From: a virus | Virus record (IMG/VR): IMGVR_UViG_3300032334_001923 | Span: 63,288-127,287 of that record | Reading direction: 5' to 3' (one strand) | DNA length: 64,000 nt | Shown here: piece by piece, positions 28,730-40,096 of the stretch | Layout: every line of letters starts with the position of its first letter | How positions within the stretch are numbered: the stretch's first letter is position 1 | Notes under the pieces: generated by a model | What the model was told of the DNA's origin: nothing | Databases searched by the model: none | What the model saw: only the letters and a program-made list of their open reading frames with translations | Program-made: the position numbers and the translations under genes

Positions 28730-30937
28730 ATGGCAAAGACACCTTTTATAAGACCGCTTCAAGTACAGGGAGGAACATTTTATTCTTTCTCATCTGCATC
28801 CGAGGATTTGTCATTCTCCTTTAATAATTCAGTTAACAAATTTAGATTTTCGAAGTTTGCCTTATTGAATATTCCAAACATCGATAATGGCTATAGTTCT
28901 TCTTCACAAGATAACCTTATTAGATTAAATGCTCCTGATGGAGCTTTTATAGACTATGCAACTTCAGCAGGAAAAATTATTACCGGAGACGGCAACATAG
29001 ACTTCTCACAGAGTTTTCAAAGCTACTGCTTAAACTTTGAAACCACAGCGACTAGCACTGATGAATACGATTCTACACTTAAGCAGAACATATCAGAAAG
29101 AGTTTTCTTTAAGTGGCTCAAAGAAACGGGAGCTATGAGATGGAGACCCGCTGACTCTTCAGAGGTTTCTCCTGCTTTGAATCAATACACAGTTACTATA
29201 GTTAATGATCTTCCAGTAACACAAAAAAGATACGTTGAAGGGGATACCGCTTTAGGTACAACTGGGGCATACGGAATAACAGCGGGCACTTATAATAGAG
29301 TAGTTCAATACGTAGGAAGTCTTGATATTGTAAATACCGTTAAGAATTCTAATAACACTTATTCTGAAGTTTATGTTTACGTTCCGACTAAGGACGGAAA
29401 TACCCCTACAGTACTATTCAAAAACGTTGTAGATAAAAATTATTATCCAGATTACCAGTGGACTAATAATCCGACTAATCCTTTGAACGATGAATATCTA
29501 TTCGGAAGAAATTATGACGATATTAATCCTAGCGGTCTTACTACCCTAGCCATTTTTGATGATGATGTTTTAGGAGCACCAACATCTACATATTTTTATA
29601 CGGGTACAAACGGAGCGACCGCTTCTGGGAACTGGTACACTCCAAGGGATACTGCTAACACTTATTTTAGTGATATTCTTTTCACTGATGCCTCTAATGA
29701 CATCCTCACTAAAACGTACAACAATAATTCTCTAACATACGTCAGATCTAGACTTGATTCAATAGGAATTGATTTCGATCCTAATTCATACCAGGGAATA
29801 CTTACAAATCCTAGCATCAGCACTTTAGAAGAGTTTAATGCAACACCAGATGCTAACGACTTTGAATTCAACTGTGTTCTGGTTTATTATGACATCTACG
29901 ATCCTGCTAACCCGGCAGATTCTGCAACCAATCTTTTTGGTGTTCTATTTTTAGATGACGTTAACACTTCGGGCGGAGACGTATACATTCCTAGACTTCA
30001 GAAATATAGACCTAATCCAGTAACTAAGCTTAACGGTAACTCTTATGGATTTAAGATCAATCTTAAATTTGACGTTGATATAGATCAAACTGGAGTTGAA
30101 CAGGCAATAAACGATTACTCCCCGTTTTCACTTTCTATGTTTATGGATGCTATGAACGTTCTTCAAGACGCAAGTTCATCTTTAAATAACGCTACAACGG
30201 ATTTTATAGATTTAAGTGATAGGGTAACAAGTCTAGAAAACGTAACACTCAGCGCACCAACTTCAATAAATTTAGATAGAAGAATAAACTCTATAGAGCA
30301 AACTCTTGCTGCTAACCAAGCTTTATTAAGAAACACAAGCTCTATAATGCAGCTAATTAATCAAAACTATGATTTAGTAAGATCGATTCTAAATAATCAA
30401 ACTAGCGTTGAAGTTTCATATAATTTAGATCTAATTAAACAAGGGGAAGGAATTATAGTAGACAGAAGCATCCCTAATCAAGTTTTTATTAATAACGATA
30501 ACCAGGATTTTAACATAGGGGCTAATAAAGGATACGGAACATTAACCCAGAATGGACTAAATGTAATTCCTTTAGTGGATTTCTCAAATTATTTTAAACA
30601 TGTTAATAACGGAAATCCTTTAACCCTAACTGGTGATTTAACAATAAGAATAGATGATAGCCAGATTAATTGGAAAAAAGGACAAAGATTTAGAATGTCC
30701 TTCGGAGATGAGATTTATCTTGGTAATTTTACTATAACAATCTTAACTGATGCTTTGGGACAATATCCTCTAGCAAATCCTACAGGAACATCATATTCAA
30801 AAGTCGTAATATCACTGAATGATGCAACATTTGCTTCTTATGACTATTTACCGGTTATGGATATAGTTTGTATAGATCAAAGTAATCTGAAATTCCAAGT
30901 TGATTTAGTTGGAAAAAGTTTAACAAACAACGTATAA
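28730..30937 (+). CDS. Putative virion structural protein with coiled-coil segment
   Basis: 735-aa ORF in the structural operon; heptad segment LSDRVTSLEN...IEQTLAANQ. Confidence 0.5.
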   Translation: MAKTPFIRPLQVQGGTFYSFSSASEDLSFSFNNSVNKFRFSKFALLNIPNIDNGYSSSSQDNLIRLNAPDGAFIDYATSAGKIITGDGNIDFSQSFQSYCLNFETTATSTDEYDSTLKQNISERVFFKWLKETGAMRWRPADSSEVSPALNQYTVTIVNDLPVTQKRYVEGDTALGTTGAYGITAGTYNRVVQYVGSLDIVNTVKNSNNTYSEVYVYVPTKDGNTPTVLFKNVVDKNYYPDYQWTNNPTNPLNDEYLFGRNYDDINPSGLTTLAIFDDDVLGAPTSTYFYTGTNGATASGNWYTPRDTANTYFSDILFTDASNDILTKTYNNNSLTYVRSRLDSIGIDFDPNSYQGILTNPSISTLEEFNATPDANDFEFNCVLVYYDIYDPANPADSATNLFGVLFLDDVNTSGGDVYIPRLQKYRPNPVTKLNGNSYGFKINLKFDVDIDQTGVEQAINDYSPFSLSMFMDAMNVLQDASSSLNNATTDFIDLSDRVTSLENVTLSAPTSINLDRRINSIEQTLAANQALLRNTSSIMQLINQNYDLVRSILNNQTSVEVSYNLDLIKQGEGIIVDRSIPNQVFINNDNQDFNIGANKGYGTLTQNGLNVIPLVDFSNYFKHVNNGNPLTLTGDLTIRIDDSQINWKKGQRFRMSFGDEIYLGNFTITILTDALGQYPLANPTGTSYSKVVISLNDATFASYDYLPVMDIVCIDQSNLKFQVDLVGKSLTNNV

Positions 30938-30954
30938 TATAAATATTAAAAGAA

Positions 30955-33900
30955 ATGGCAGGCACACAAAACTCAATAAGTTCTTTAATTGCTCAGTTTC
31001 TAAGACTGCAAAAGAACTCTTTGGAAATACTCAATGGATTGAATGAAGCTGCGGTTTCAACGAATGATACTGTTACTATCGAGGTTCTTGATGAGCAGGG
31101 TCTACCTAAAAACGCAAACATTCCTTCTTATGGTTATTTAAGAGGGGAACTTCAGAGAATTGATAATAATATAAAATCATTAGCTGGAATCGGAGATTCT
31201 TCTTCCACAGTAAGAAACCCGGACGGAACATATTCGCAGGTCTTTAAAGTTGAGACTTTGAAGAATCCTCCAACACTTTCAAATCTACCGGTACCTAATA
31301 CTTTTTATGTAAAAGATAATTGGTTCTTCGAAAGCTTTCTAAGCCCACTTCTTTATGTTAGTGTGAACGTAACTGGAAAGATCCCAGACAGTGCTGATAG
31401 AATTAATGTAAAAAGGATAATTGCTAACACCGATACTGAAGTTAAAAGAACTTATTTTGATTCAAACATTAAAGGAAGAAACGATCTTACTTATGATCAA
31501 TACATAAAAGCTTTACAAGACAATGGAATTGGTTATTTTGTAGATGAAGACATAGTTAATCTTCCGCTAAGAGAAATAAGATACATTGGAAATTTTGGTG
31601 TTCTTTCTTATTATGATGATTTAGTTTCTGTTAAAGATGCAAACGGAAACATTTACCAGGAGACTAGAAGAAATTACAAGCTAGATCAGTTAACTTATAC
31701 TGACACTTTATCAACGGTTAGAAACGGAAGAACACTGGATGTAAATGACAAAGTTTCAACCCCGGACGGAACACAGTATTTAATTACTGCGGTTAATAAA
31801 GATCAAAATTCAATCCAGGCAAAAAGAGTTTCTGGATATGAAGCTATCCAATTAGGTGCAAATACTCTTTCGATTTCATCTACAGACTTTGGTCCTAGAT
31901 ACATTCAAGTTAATGTTGGCTATAATGAGAGACAAGGGATTTTCTTTAAAACTATTGATGATTATTTTAATATACAAGGAGCTAACTGGTCAACCGGTAT
32001 AGTTTTCTGGAGTAATGAACTTACGACTAAAAATTCAGACGGAGAAATAGTTACTTTAGAAAATTACTATCTCGCCGAAGTTTCTGATATGGGTAAAGTT
32101 TTCCTAGGAATGGCCAAGGAAAAAAAGGTTCCTGCAATTCAAGGACTTACTCCCAATGCACCACTTGTAACAACTGACAGCTTTAAAGTTGTACAGATAA
32201 ACAAACAGGTAACAGATTCTACTTCTATAAAAGTAGTTAACGACAAGCTTCAGGTTAAGAGCGGACTAAAATCAGAAATAGATTCTTTAGATGATGCTAT
32301 TAATAAATCTAAGCTTCAGTTAAATACAGGATTAGCTACTTCTGACCAATTGGATGTTCAGATTGCAAGAGAAGGTGTGGATGCTAATAGCATACTAGGA
32401 GCTAATCTGACAGAGGCAAAAATAAAACAGAGAACAAATCCAATAGGGATTAACGTAGAATCTGTTAAAGCAAATCTCAATAACCTCATAAATGAGAGAG
32501 TTAAGAAGGTTCAACTTTACGCTTCTATTGTTGATGAGGTTAGTACTATAGTTCAGGATGTACCTCAAATAGTTGCTGAGCCTAAGTATAGAGTTAGAGG
32601 ATTCTGGCCTATACCTGCTCCAAAAGTAAGTCCTTCTACCGGAGATCAGGCAGTCATTCAATTCTCTGTTAGATATAGATACCTGAGTGATAGCGGTTCT
32701 GCACAACCTTCAGAACAAATTGAATATACCGATATTGATGGCGTTAAAAAAGTTGGAGCTTTTTCCAACTGGGTCGAATATAAAACTGATATCAGGAAGA
32801 AAGCTTACGACGACACTAAGGGTGTTTATGTTTGGGTTCCAGAAGCAACCGCAGATTCAAATATTCAAAATATAAATCAGTTAGATTTAGCTATAACAAA
32901 AGGAGAAAAGCTTGAAATCCAGATAGCTTCTATTTCTGAAGCTGGATGGCCAGACAATCCTTTGACTTCTGAATATTCGCCTTCTGTTGTGGTGTCTTTC
33001 CCTGACAACCTTTCAGTAAACGGAGTTACAAATCTTCTTAGAACCAACAACGAAGACTCTGCAGTGGTTAAGGTTCAAGCAAATCTTGATGCTCAAGGAT
33101 TGCCTGTGCACCTTTCTCAGCAATTTACTTCAGGAGATAAAACTTACTTCCACGATTCTACAGGAATAGCCAGCGGATTCTTTACAAGCGCTGGATTGGT
33201 TATAAATCTGTTTGATAAAATAACAGACCTTCAGAATCAAATAAACACTCTTAAAGCTGGCATTACGCAAGCTAAAGGAGTTCTTGAAGTTTATATTGTT
33301 GACTCATCCGGAAATAAAATTAAGATATCTAAAGGAGCTACAGCTAAGCTTAATGCTGGATTCTATTCAGATATCTACACCAGTCCACTTACAAGCGATG
33401 CGGGAAAAATTGCTTCTGTTAGTTACAGTATACAGCTTTTCAACCCCGAAGCTAGCCCTTTAGAGCTTGCTTCAATTATACCTGGTGGATTGGAAACTAG
33501 AGCACCTTCCACTATAAGTGGGACTTACCCAGCTGGCTACAACGATAACTTAAGATATGGTGACGCTGCTATATCTATAACATCTCTAACTAAGCCAGAT
33601 ATAAGTTCAAATCAATCTTTCAGACAAGCACCACCTTATGCTTCTGCTAGTGCATATTCTCAGTTCATTTATCCTAGATATAAAAATATCGGATTTAATC
33701 AGGTTCTAGTTAATAACCCATCGGTTGGAGATCTCGGAGCATACTTTACCTCTGTGTATACTCCTTCTTATGCTTATGATGGATCTGCTTCAACCACACA
33801 AATAAACTTCGGAGTTCCTGGGATTTATCCTCAAAATGGAACAATATTTACTCCCTATGATCCTGCAATCACCCCAGCATCTGTTCAGGGTGCAACCGCA

Positions 33901-34599
33901 TCAAACATTTGGGGTGGAACATTCTCCGGCGTTACTGCTGGAAATCCTATCGGGGGTGGGGCAATATCAGAATTCTGTATAGACATTAGACACCCTTACT
34001 TAATATCTGTTGGTGCATCAAGCTCTTACACTACATATGATGATTTAGTTAAACCGTTTGAAACACCATTTGCATACGCTCCTTTTAGACACACACAGTC
34101 TTTCTGGGGTGATACCACATTAAGTGTTTATTGGGTACAACAGTCTTATAGAGCACCAATCACTTTTGCAGCTGGAGCTACAGCAGCAAGACAAGATGCA
34201 ATGTATCCTGATAAGTTAGGATTCTCTTCGAATGACGAGTATCTAATAGGAAAATTCTCTTGCGGAGCTTATTTGTTCCTAGCACCTACTTCTGGATCTT
34301 ATGTTCAGGTTCCTGGTACTAATAGTCTTTCCACTAAACAACTTCTATCTGGAGAACCTAATGCTATAAACGTTCCTCTAATATTCCAATTTAGAGCTGT
34401 TGATAAAGCAGGATACATTGGAGGCTGGAGAAAATCAGGTAATCTTTCAAATATAACATACGCTAAGAAAATAGGAATTGACATACAGGTTCTTAACGGT
34501 GATGCTTTCTCGTTTGATGTACAGGTTACTGGATCATACCAAAATGATACATTAGTGGCTCCTAATTTCGATAGCGGATTAAGTGCTGTTAATTTTTAA
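30955..34599 (+). CDS. Large putative virion structural protein
   Basis: 1214-aa ORF with coiled-coil and beta-rich regions; co-oriented in the structural cluster. Confidence 0.5.
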   Translation: MAGTQNSISSLIAQFLRLQKNSLEILNGLNEAAVSTNDTVTIEVLDEQGLPKNANIPSYGYLRGELQRIDNNIKSLAGIGDSSSTVRNPDGTYSQVFKVETLKNPPTLSNLPVPNTFYVKDNWFFESFLSPLLYVSVNVTGKIPDSADRINVKRIIANTDTEVKRTYFDSNIKGRNDLTYDQYIKALQDNGIGYFVDEDIVNLPLREIRYIGNFGVLSYYDDLVSVKDANGNIYQETRRNYKLDQLTYTDTLSTVRNGRTLDVNDKVSTPDGTQYLITAVNKDQNSIQAKRVSGYEAIQLGANTLSISSTDFGPRYIQVNVGYNERQGIFFKTIDDYFNIQGANWSTGIVFWSNELTTKNSDGEIVTLENYYLAEVSDMGKVFLGMAKEKKVPAIQGLTPNAPLVTTDSFKVVQINKQVTDSTSIKVVNDKLQVKSGLKSEIDSLDDAINKSKLQLNTGLATSDQLDVQIAREGVDANSILGANLTEAKIKQRTNPIGINVESVKANLNNLINERVKKVQLYASIVDEVSTIVQDVPQIVAEPKYRVRGFWPIPAPKVSPSTGDQAVIQFSVRYRYLSDSGSAQPSEQIEYTDIDGVKKVGAFSNWVEYKTDIRKKAYDDTKGVYVWVPEATADSNIQNINQLDLAITKGEKLEIQIASISEAGWPDNPLTSEYSPSVVVSFPDNLSVNGVTNLLRTNNEDSAVVKVQANLDAQGLPVHLSQQFTSGDKTYFHDSTGIASGFFTSAGLVINLFDKITDLQNQINTLKAGITQAKGVLEVYIVDSSGNKIKISKGATAKLNAGFYSDIYTSPLTSDAGKIASVSYSIQLFNPEASPLELASIIPGGLETRAPSTISGTYPAGYNDNLRYGDAAISITSLTKPDISSNQSFRQAPPYASASAYSQFIYPRYKNIGFNQVLVNNPSVGDLGAYFTSVYTPSYAYDGSASTTQINFGVPGIYPQNGTIFTPYDPAITPASVQGATASNIWGGTFSGVTAGNPIGGGAISEFCIDIRHPYLISVGASSSYTTYDDLVKPFETPFAYAPFRHTQSFWGDTTLSVYWVQQSYRAPITFAAGATAARQDAMYPDKLGFSSNDEYLIGKFSCGAYLFLAPTSGSYVQVPGTNSLSTKQLLSGEPNAINVPLIFQFRAVDKAGYIGGWRKSGNLSNITYAKKIGIDIQVLNGDAFSFDVQVTGSYQNDTLVAPNFDSGLSAVNF

Positions 34600-34622
34600 A
34601 AATATAAAAGCTGAGAGCTAAT

Positions 34623-37600
34623 ATGTCTCAATCTAAACTTTTTGATTACAATTCATCGTTTTCTGTAACGAGAACTAACCCTAAACTATCCGGGAATTTT
34701 AAAATCACGGTAGATTCAAACGATGGAGTTTGGTTTAATTCCATAGACGCAAATCCGACTTTAAGCGATAATAGATTTAAAAAGTTTAATATCACCGGAG
34801 AGAATAGCTACTCCGTCGATCTTTTTAATTTTTTTGACCAAGGACAAATCTCTAAAGATCTAGTTTTCCAGGTAGCTAATTTTACTAACGGTGCCGCTCA
34901 ATCTGCAGAGAATTTTGCAGATCAGTATGATTTTTTTTACGGTAGCGGAGCTTCTGTTTTAGTGGATAAAAATTACAAAGAATCTTTTAAATATTTTGCA
35001 CCGCTTTGGGTAAAGAATGAACTTCCTGATTTTTTTGTAATATTCAAATTACCAAATCCGTTAGATTATCCATATTCTAAGAATGTAACGACAATTAAAT
35101 CTGGAACGAAATATAAGATCATACAGGATTATAACAGCACATCTCCTTTTGTCATATCTTATGGCAAAAGCCCATCTGGTAATGATATCTATTACGGAGA
35201 CGGTGATGTTTTCTCTGGTTTAAATAATTATTCCTCATACACAATAATCAGCGGAAGCGGAAAGGTTGCCGTATTTAACGAGCTAGCTTATCTTCCTGAT
35301 GTTCTTGATGTTGAACAAACATTCAAGCAGAAGATTCTTAATAATTGTGCTGCGATCAAGACTTTTGATCTAAGAGAAAATACTAAGATAGGAAAATACA
35401 TAAGATCCATATTTAACAATCCCCTCTTTTCTAAATCCCCTCTGGAAGTCAGTTGGGGATCTAATTCTTATACATATTTTAAAGGGGTAAGTTATAATGA
35501 AGGAGTTTTCACTAAAAAAGGAGAACTTTTAAGTTCCTTCCTAGCTTCTTCCGATTCCGATCCGATGATAGATTTTGAGGATTATGTCACTTCGGGATTT
35601 TCTAGAAACGGTGTTATATGTCCAAATATTCTAAATCTTGAATTTATATTCGACGATGACGAATCAAATCTGTATACCATTAACAGATACATCGGATTTT
35701 ACGTTTCTAGAAATGATATAGCTAGTGTTAGAATGAATGGTAGTTTTTTCTACGACTACAAAGATCTAGATGGTAATAATAACCTCCCTAAACCTTCCAT
35801 AGATAATGTCGGGTATTATTATAACAATTACCCAACAATAATGGGATCTACTTCAGGGATCAGATTATTTTACGAAGAGGGAAGTGGATTTTTACCAGGA
35901 TCTGATGATGTTAATTTGTATAACCCGAATAAGCTTTTTTACATAACCGATAAGGAAGACAATTTTTATAGTCTTAAAAGAAATGAAGATTATTTAACTC
36001 CTGGTGGGAATTCACCGGATTATTCCTACGGTCCTTTTAATTATAGCACAGATACTTTTTCTGCAACAGGATCCACTGGAGCAACTTCAGGGTCTGTTGT
36101 AATCGGAAATACTATAACCAATCTTCTTAACTTCACAGGATCTGATACTAAAGTAGGAACAATACCAGGAATAAATGCAAAGGAGGCTGGAAGATCTTAT
36201 GCAGAAGTGGAGTTTCTAAAACAGTATGATCTAAACAATCCTTTAACATTTAAAATATACTGGCCTAACGGATCGCAGTCAGAGGGCAGCAGAAAATATG
36301 ACGTTGTGAGATCTGGTGATTTTTCTGCAATATTTCCTTGGGTCGAAGGAGCATATTATTTTACTGGAGATTCTTATTATTTCAATGCCTCTGCAGGTAC
36401 AACTGAACAAATTGCAAGTGCTTTTTCCGGGGTAGTTAGACAGGTAGACCAGATAACTTGGGATTCTGGGTATGATTCTGCTTCTTCTGTGATAAGGCTC
36501 AAAAACCCAGGATTCTATGGAAACACACAGTACTCCATTAGTGTTTTTGATAACTACGCATCTTTCTTAACTGTATATAAGGGGAATTGGTCAAACAGTT
36601 CAGCATATTCTATTGGTGACGTTGTGATGTATGATAATTCGTATTATTCTTCGAACATCGCAATATCATCATCTAGCGGATCAGGAACAATCCCAGGAGG
36701 TACAGCTTGGAGTTCATATAAAACTTTTAGTCAGAGCGGATATGTTAAAATAAATGGGGTTGATGCTTCGGAACTAGACTACAATACGAATTTCGTGGGC
36801 GGGACTAAAACCAAAAACAATAGAATAATTTTTGATAATAAATATTCTAATTTGGTTCAACCTGGATATTTTATGAATACCACAACGGGGAGGTCTAAGA
36901 TTACCAGTGTTACCAAGTATGTCGATTCACCTAAAAAAGATCCAGACACCGAGAGTGTTATAGGATTTAATAATTTTAATTATCTTCTTGTTGCTAACCT
37001 TGAAGACGAAAATGCTATAGTTGCATTAGGTTCTGATAATTCTTTCAATACATATTCTTCTGCAGTTTCTAAGATAGGAGTTTTTACATTCTTTGATACT
37101 AAAGAATTTGATTTTGATTTCTGGAGTTCAAATTACGGATACAATCCTGTCGGCGAAACCTTTAAATATTTCCAAATCCAAACAGGGATTACCGGTGCAA
37201 TAGATCCGAATATTCCATATCTAGTTAAATCTGGACAGGTCCTATATAATAACAATCTGTATGATCAGGGTGCTATATTCTATGGTGTAACCGGATACAC
37301 TTCTTTCGAAAACGCTAACCCTAGTATAGCTAAGGACGTTGTAGTTTTTCCTGCCCAGTACTCTAACATATCTTATAATCCTAGCGCTACTAGTTATCAA
37401 GATATAAAATACTATAAAGATCTTGATGCCTTTATTGGATTTTTAGGAATACAGGAATTAAATCCGGATGCACTTAAATCTGGTGCAACTAAGGAGGAGA
37501 TTTTCCTTCATGGTAAGCTCAACTCTGAATATGAGTATTTAAGAGAAAACTACACTCCAAGAAGAGCTAATCTATCTAGGATAGTTCCATATATAAATAA

Positions 37601-40094
37601 ATGGGGTTATTATTCTGGATTTGATGCTAGAGGTAATGAATATAGACTAAATTCAAGTCCAGCTTTTTCTCCCTTAAATTTTTCACCTACTTTAGATAGA
37701 ATAGCATCAGATCCCCAATATCTAAGTCAGGAATGGCTTCTTCTTGAAAGACCACCAAGAAAGTTTCCTAAGGATTTAATGAACGATCAGAACAGTTATC
37801 TTGCTGGAAAGATAGATCTTTTGAAAGCTAAAAGTGCAGATCCTAACGACTATCTTTATCTCCCTTCATATTTTACTGTTGAGCCTGAAGATTATGATGC
37901 TGAATTCAGGGACACATCTTTCTACACTAAAGAGCTATTTACTTCGTTAGAATACAATCCTGCATCTGGATATTACGAAACTCTTTTCAGAGGGGCTAAA
38001 ATAGTATTTAAAAAGAGATCTAGTCTTACAACAGGTCAAACTGACGGATTGGATAAATACGTTCCAAACTTTAGAGGATATCAGGACTATAAATTCTCTG
38101 CAATTCTAAGAGCTATCCCTGAAGACAGCGACACTATACAACCTCCAGTAACTTATGAGGTCATAGAAAATACACAGCAGAAGTTTATACTTTTTGTTTG
38201 TAACGTTGTTATAAAAGATCATAGGGTATTTCCTTTAGGTTATACTGGAGGAACAGGAGGAGATCCTGTTTTAGACTACACTTCTCTTTATTCTATATCA
38301 GGTAAGAATAAACTAAACTACCCTTTAGTTTCGGGTAATCCTTTTACTTCTATAGATGACATAAAACTAAGTGTTGCTCTAGATCTTTCTCTTGCTTCAG
38401 GTAGCTATGCTAACACTACAGTTACTGGAGTGATAAACTCGATTAAGAGCACAGATTATGAAGTTGATCTAAGACAAGAGATACACACTTTCTATGTTGA
38501 GAACGCTTCGGGTGCAACATCGGGGGTTAGTTCAACTGGGGCTGGAAGTTTCTCCGTTCCTTCTATAAGTTGTTCTTACCCTTGGCCTATTGGGGTTGGT
38601 CCTTCTTATATAGAGTTTGGTAAAGTTGCAACTGCTTCCAACTACACCTTTACGATACCTTTCTCTCCGTCTAGTCCGGTAACAATCCCGGTTGGACCTT
38701 CTTCTATCTACAAGAATAAACCGGTTTTCCAGCTTTCTGGTGGTGATAGATACTACGAGTCTCTTTTAACCAGATGCACTGCTGCTTATATTTCTAAGAA
38801 AGTTAACTCAAGCTCTCCTTATATAAAATATAAAACGTATTACTGGGATGATGCTTTATCTAACACAATTCTTAAAGAAAACGATTTTGAAATCTATATA
38901 GAGAAACCAACAAAGGTAGTAAAAGTAAAAGGTAGTTCATACATTAAGACTAAAAACGGACCACAGGAACTAAAAGGTAATTCTAGCGTTACTGGATTCG
39001 AGGTAATAAAAGGTAATCCTAAGCTTCCTTCTATTATGCTTAGATACTCTGGAGGATATGAACCACTATTTAGGAAGGTCGTACATTTCGATAAAGATAA
39101 GACGGATACAATATCCGGATCAGGTGGAACTATAGATCTATCTTTTAGAAATTGCAACTTTGCTCCAAATAAACTTTATTTTGGAATATCTAGAAATCTT
39201 AGCTATACTAAAGTTTCTTTGGGCTCTCCCATATTATCTCTTTCGAATTCATTCCCAGAGGGCCCAGTCTATCCTTATATAGGTCAATCTCCAATTGCTA
39301 GAAAAGATTTTAATCTTTTCTCTTCAACTTGGGATCCTGGATATTATGAAAAATACAACACGGCAACAACATTTAGTGAGGTTGCAGGAACTAGATCGAT
39401 GAAAGAATTTAATACTTTCTTTGGATCTAAAATGATGCAAACTCCAGATCCTGTTGGAATTTCAAATTATATAAATCTTGAGATATCAAGAACGTCCGGA
39501 GATTCTAGTGTTTCTAGCATTAATTCTCAAATAGATAGTTACATTAAATCGATTCAAAACATAACATCAGCCAACTCAGGCAGCGGGATAGGAAATGTCG
39601 GCCCTTATCTTTCTGGCGTTGATTACGATAAACTCGATTTAAACATTTTTCCTAACGCAGAGATAGTTTGGCAATATTTTTCAGAAACTAGAAGAATCTC
39701 TGGAACTATAAGATTGGATAGAATGCTAAGAAGATATCTTCTGAATTCTGGGATCAAGCAAGTGTTTATAGATAATATGATTTCCGATTTTGGTGTTGGG
39801 AGTCCAAATTCTATAAATGATGATGTTAACGGGTACATAGATCTAAATGTTTCTCCTATTTACGAAGGCGGTGAATTCGATCTATATGTTATGAAAACAG
39901 GAGAGCGAGATTTTCAGGTTAAAGAAACACTAAGAGGTGATATATTTAAAGCTGATAGATATAAAATGGGGTACTATCTAAATCAGAATTACAAATTAAC
40001 AAAAGTAAACAATTTAGTTTATAATTTCGAATTTCCTTTTGAGAGAAACTTCGATTATTCCCTATTGTTTAACTTCTCGATAACTAAAATTTAA
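34623..40094 (+). CDS. Very large putative tail/baseplate protein with a CBM5/12-like module
   Basis: 1823 aa; YKGNWSNSSAYSIGDVVMYDNSYY...PGGTAW matches the CBM5/12 pattern. Confidence 0.5.
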   Translation: MSQSKLFDYNSSFSVTRTNPKLSGNFKITVDSNDGVWFNSIDANPTLSDNRFKKFNITGENSYSVDLFNFFDQGQISKDLVFQVANFTNGAAQSAENFADQYDFFYGSGASVLVDKNYKESFKYFAPLWVKNELPDFFVIFKLPNPLDYPYSKNVTTIKSGTKYKIIQDYNSTSPFVISYGKSPSGNDIYYGDGDVFSGLNNYSSYTIISGSGKVAVFNELAYLPDVLDVEQTFKQKILNNCAAIKTFDLRENTKIGKYIRSIFNNPLFSKSPLEVSWGSNSYTYFKGVSYNEGVFTKKGELLSSFLASSDSDPMIDFEDYVTSGFSRNGVICPNILNLEFIFDDDESNLYTINRYIGFYVSRNDIASVRMNGSFFYDYKDLDGNNNLPKPSIDNVGYYYNNYPTIMGSTSGIRLFYEEGSGFLPGSDDVNLYNPNKLFYITDKEDNFYSLKRNEDYLTPGGNSPDYSYGPFNYSTDTFSATGSTGATSGSVVIGNTITNLLNFTGSDTKVGTIPGINAKEAGRSYAEVEFLKQYDLNNPLTFKIYWPNGSQSEGSRKYDVVRSGDFSAIFPWVEGAYYFTGDSYYFNASAGTTEQIASAFSGVVRQVDQITWDSGYDSASSVIRLKNPGFYGNTQYSISVFDNYASFLTVYKGNWSNSSAYSIGDVVMYDNSYYSSNIAISSSSGSGTIPGGTAWSSYKTFSQSGYVKINGVDASELDYNTNFVGGTKTKNNRIIFDNKYSNLVQPGYFMNTTTGRSKITSVTKYVDSPKKDPDTESVIGFNNFNYLLVANLEDENAIVALGSDNSFNTYSSAVSKIGVFTFFDTKEFDFDFWSSNYGYNPVGETFKYFQIQTGITGAIDPNIPYLVKSGQVLYNNNLYDQGAIFYGVTGYTSFENANPSIAKDVVVFPAQYSNISYNPSATSYQDIKYYKDLDAFIGFLGIQELNPDALKSGATKEEIFLHGKLNSEYEYLRENYTPRRANLSRIVPYINKWGYYSGFDARGNEYRLNSSPAFSPLNFSPTLDRIASDPQYLSQEWLLLERPPRKFPKDLMNDQNSYLAGKIDLLKAKSADPNDYLYLPSYFTVEPEDYDAEFRDTSFYTKELFTSLEYNPASGYYETLFRGAKIVFKKRSSLTTGQTDGLDKYVPNFRGYQDYKFSAILRAIPEDSDTIQPPVTYEVIENTQQKFILFVCNVVIKDHRVFPLGYTGGTGGDPVLDYTSLYSISGKNKLNYPLVSGNPFTSIDDIKLSVALDLSLASGSYANTTVTGVINSIKSTDYEVDLRQEIHTFYVENASGATSGVSSTGAGSFSVPSISCSYPWPIGVGPSYIEFGKVATASNYTFTIPFSPSSPVTIPVGPSSIYKNKPVFQLSGGDRYYESLLTRCTAAYISKKVNSSSPYIKYKTYYWDDALSNTILKENDFEIYIEKPTKVVKVKGSSYIKTKNGPQELKGNSSVTGFEVIKGNPKLPSIMLRYSGGYEPLFRKVVHFDKDKTDTISGSGGTIDLSFRNCNFAPNKLYFGISRNLSYTKVSLGSPILSLSNSFPEGPVYPYIGQSPIARKDFNLFSSTWDPGYYEKYNTATTFSEVAGTRSMKEFNTFFGSKMMQTPDPVGISNYINLEISRTSGDSSVSSINSQIDSYIKSIQNITSANSGSGIGNVGPYLSGVDYDKLDLNIFPNAEIVWQYFSETRRISGTIRLDRMLRRYLLNSGIKQVFIDNMISDFGVGSPNSINDDVNGYIDLNVSPIYEGGEFDLYVMKTGERDFQVKETLRGDIFKADRYKMGYYLNQNYKLTKVNNLVYNFEFPFERNFDYSLLFNFSITKI

Positions 40095-40096
40095 AG

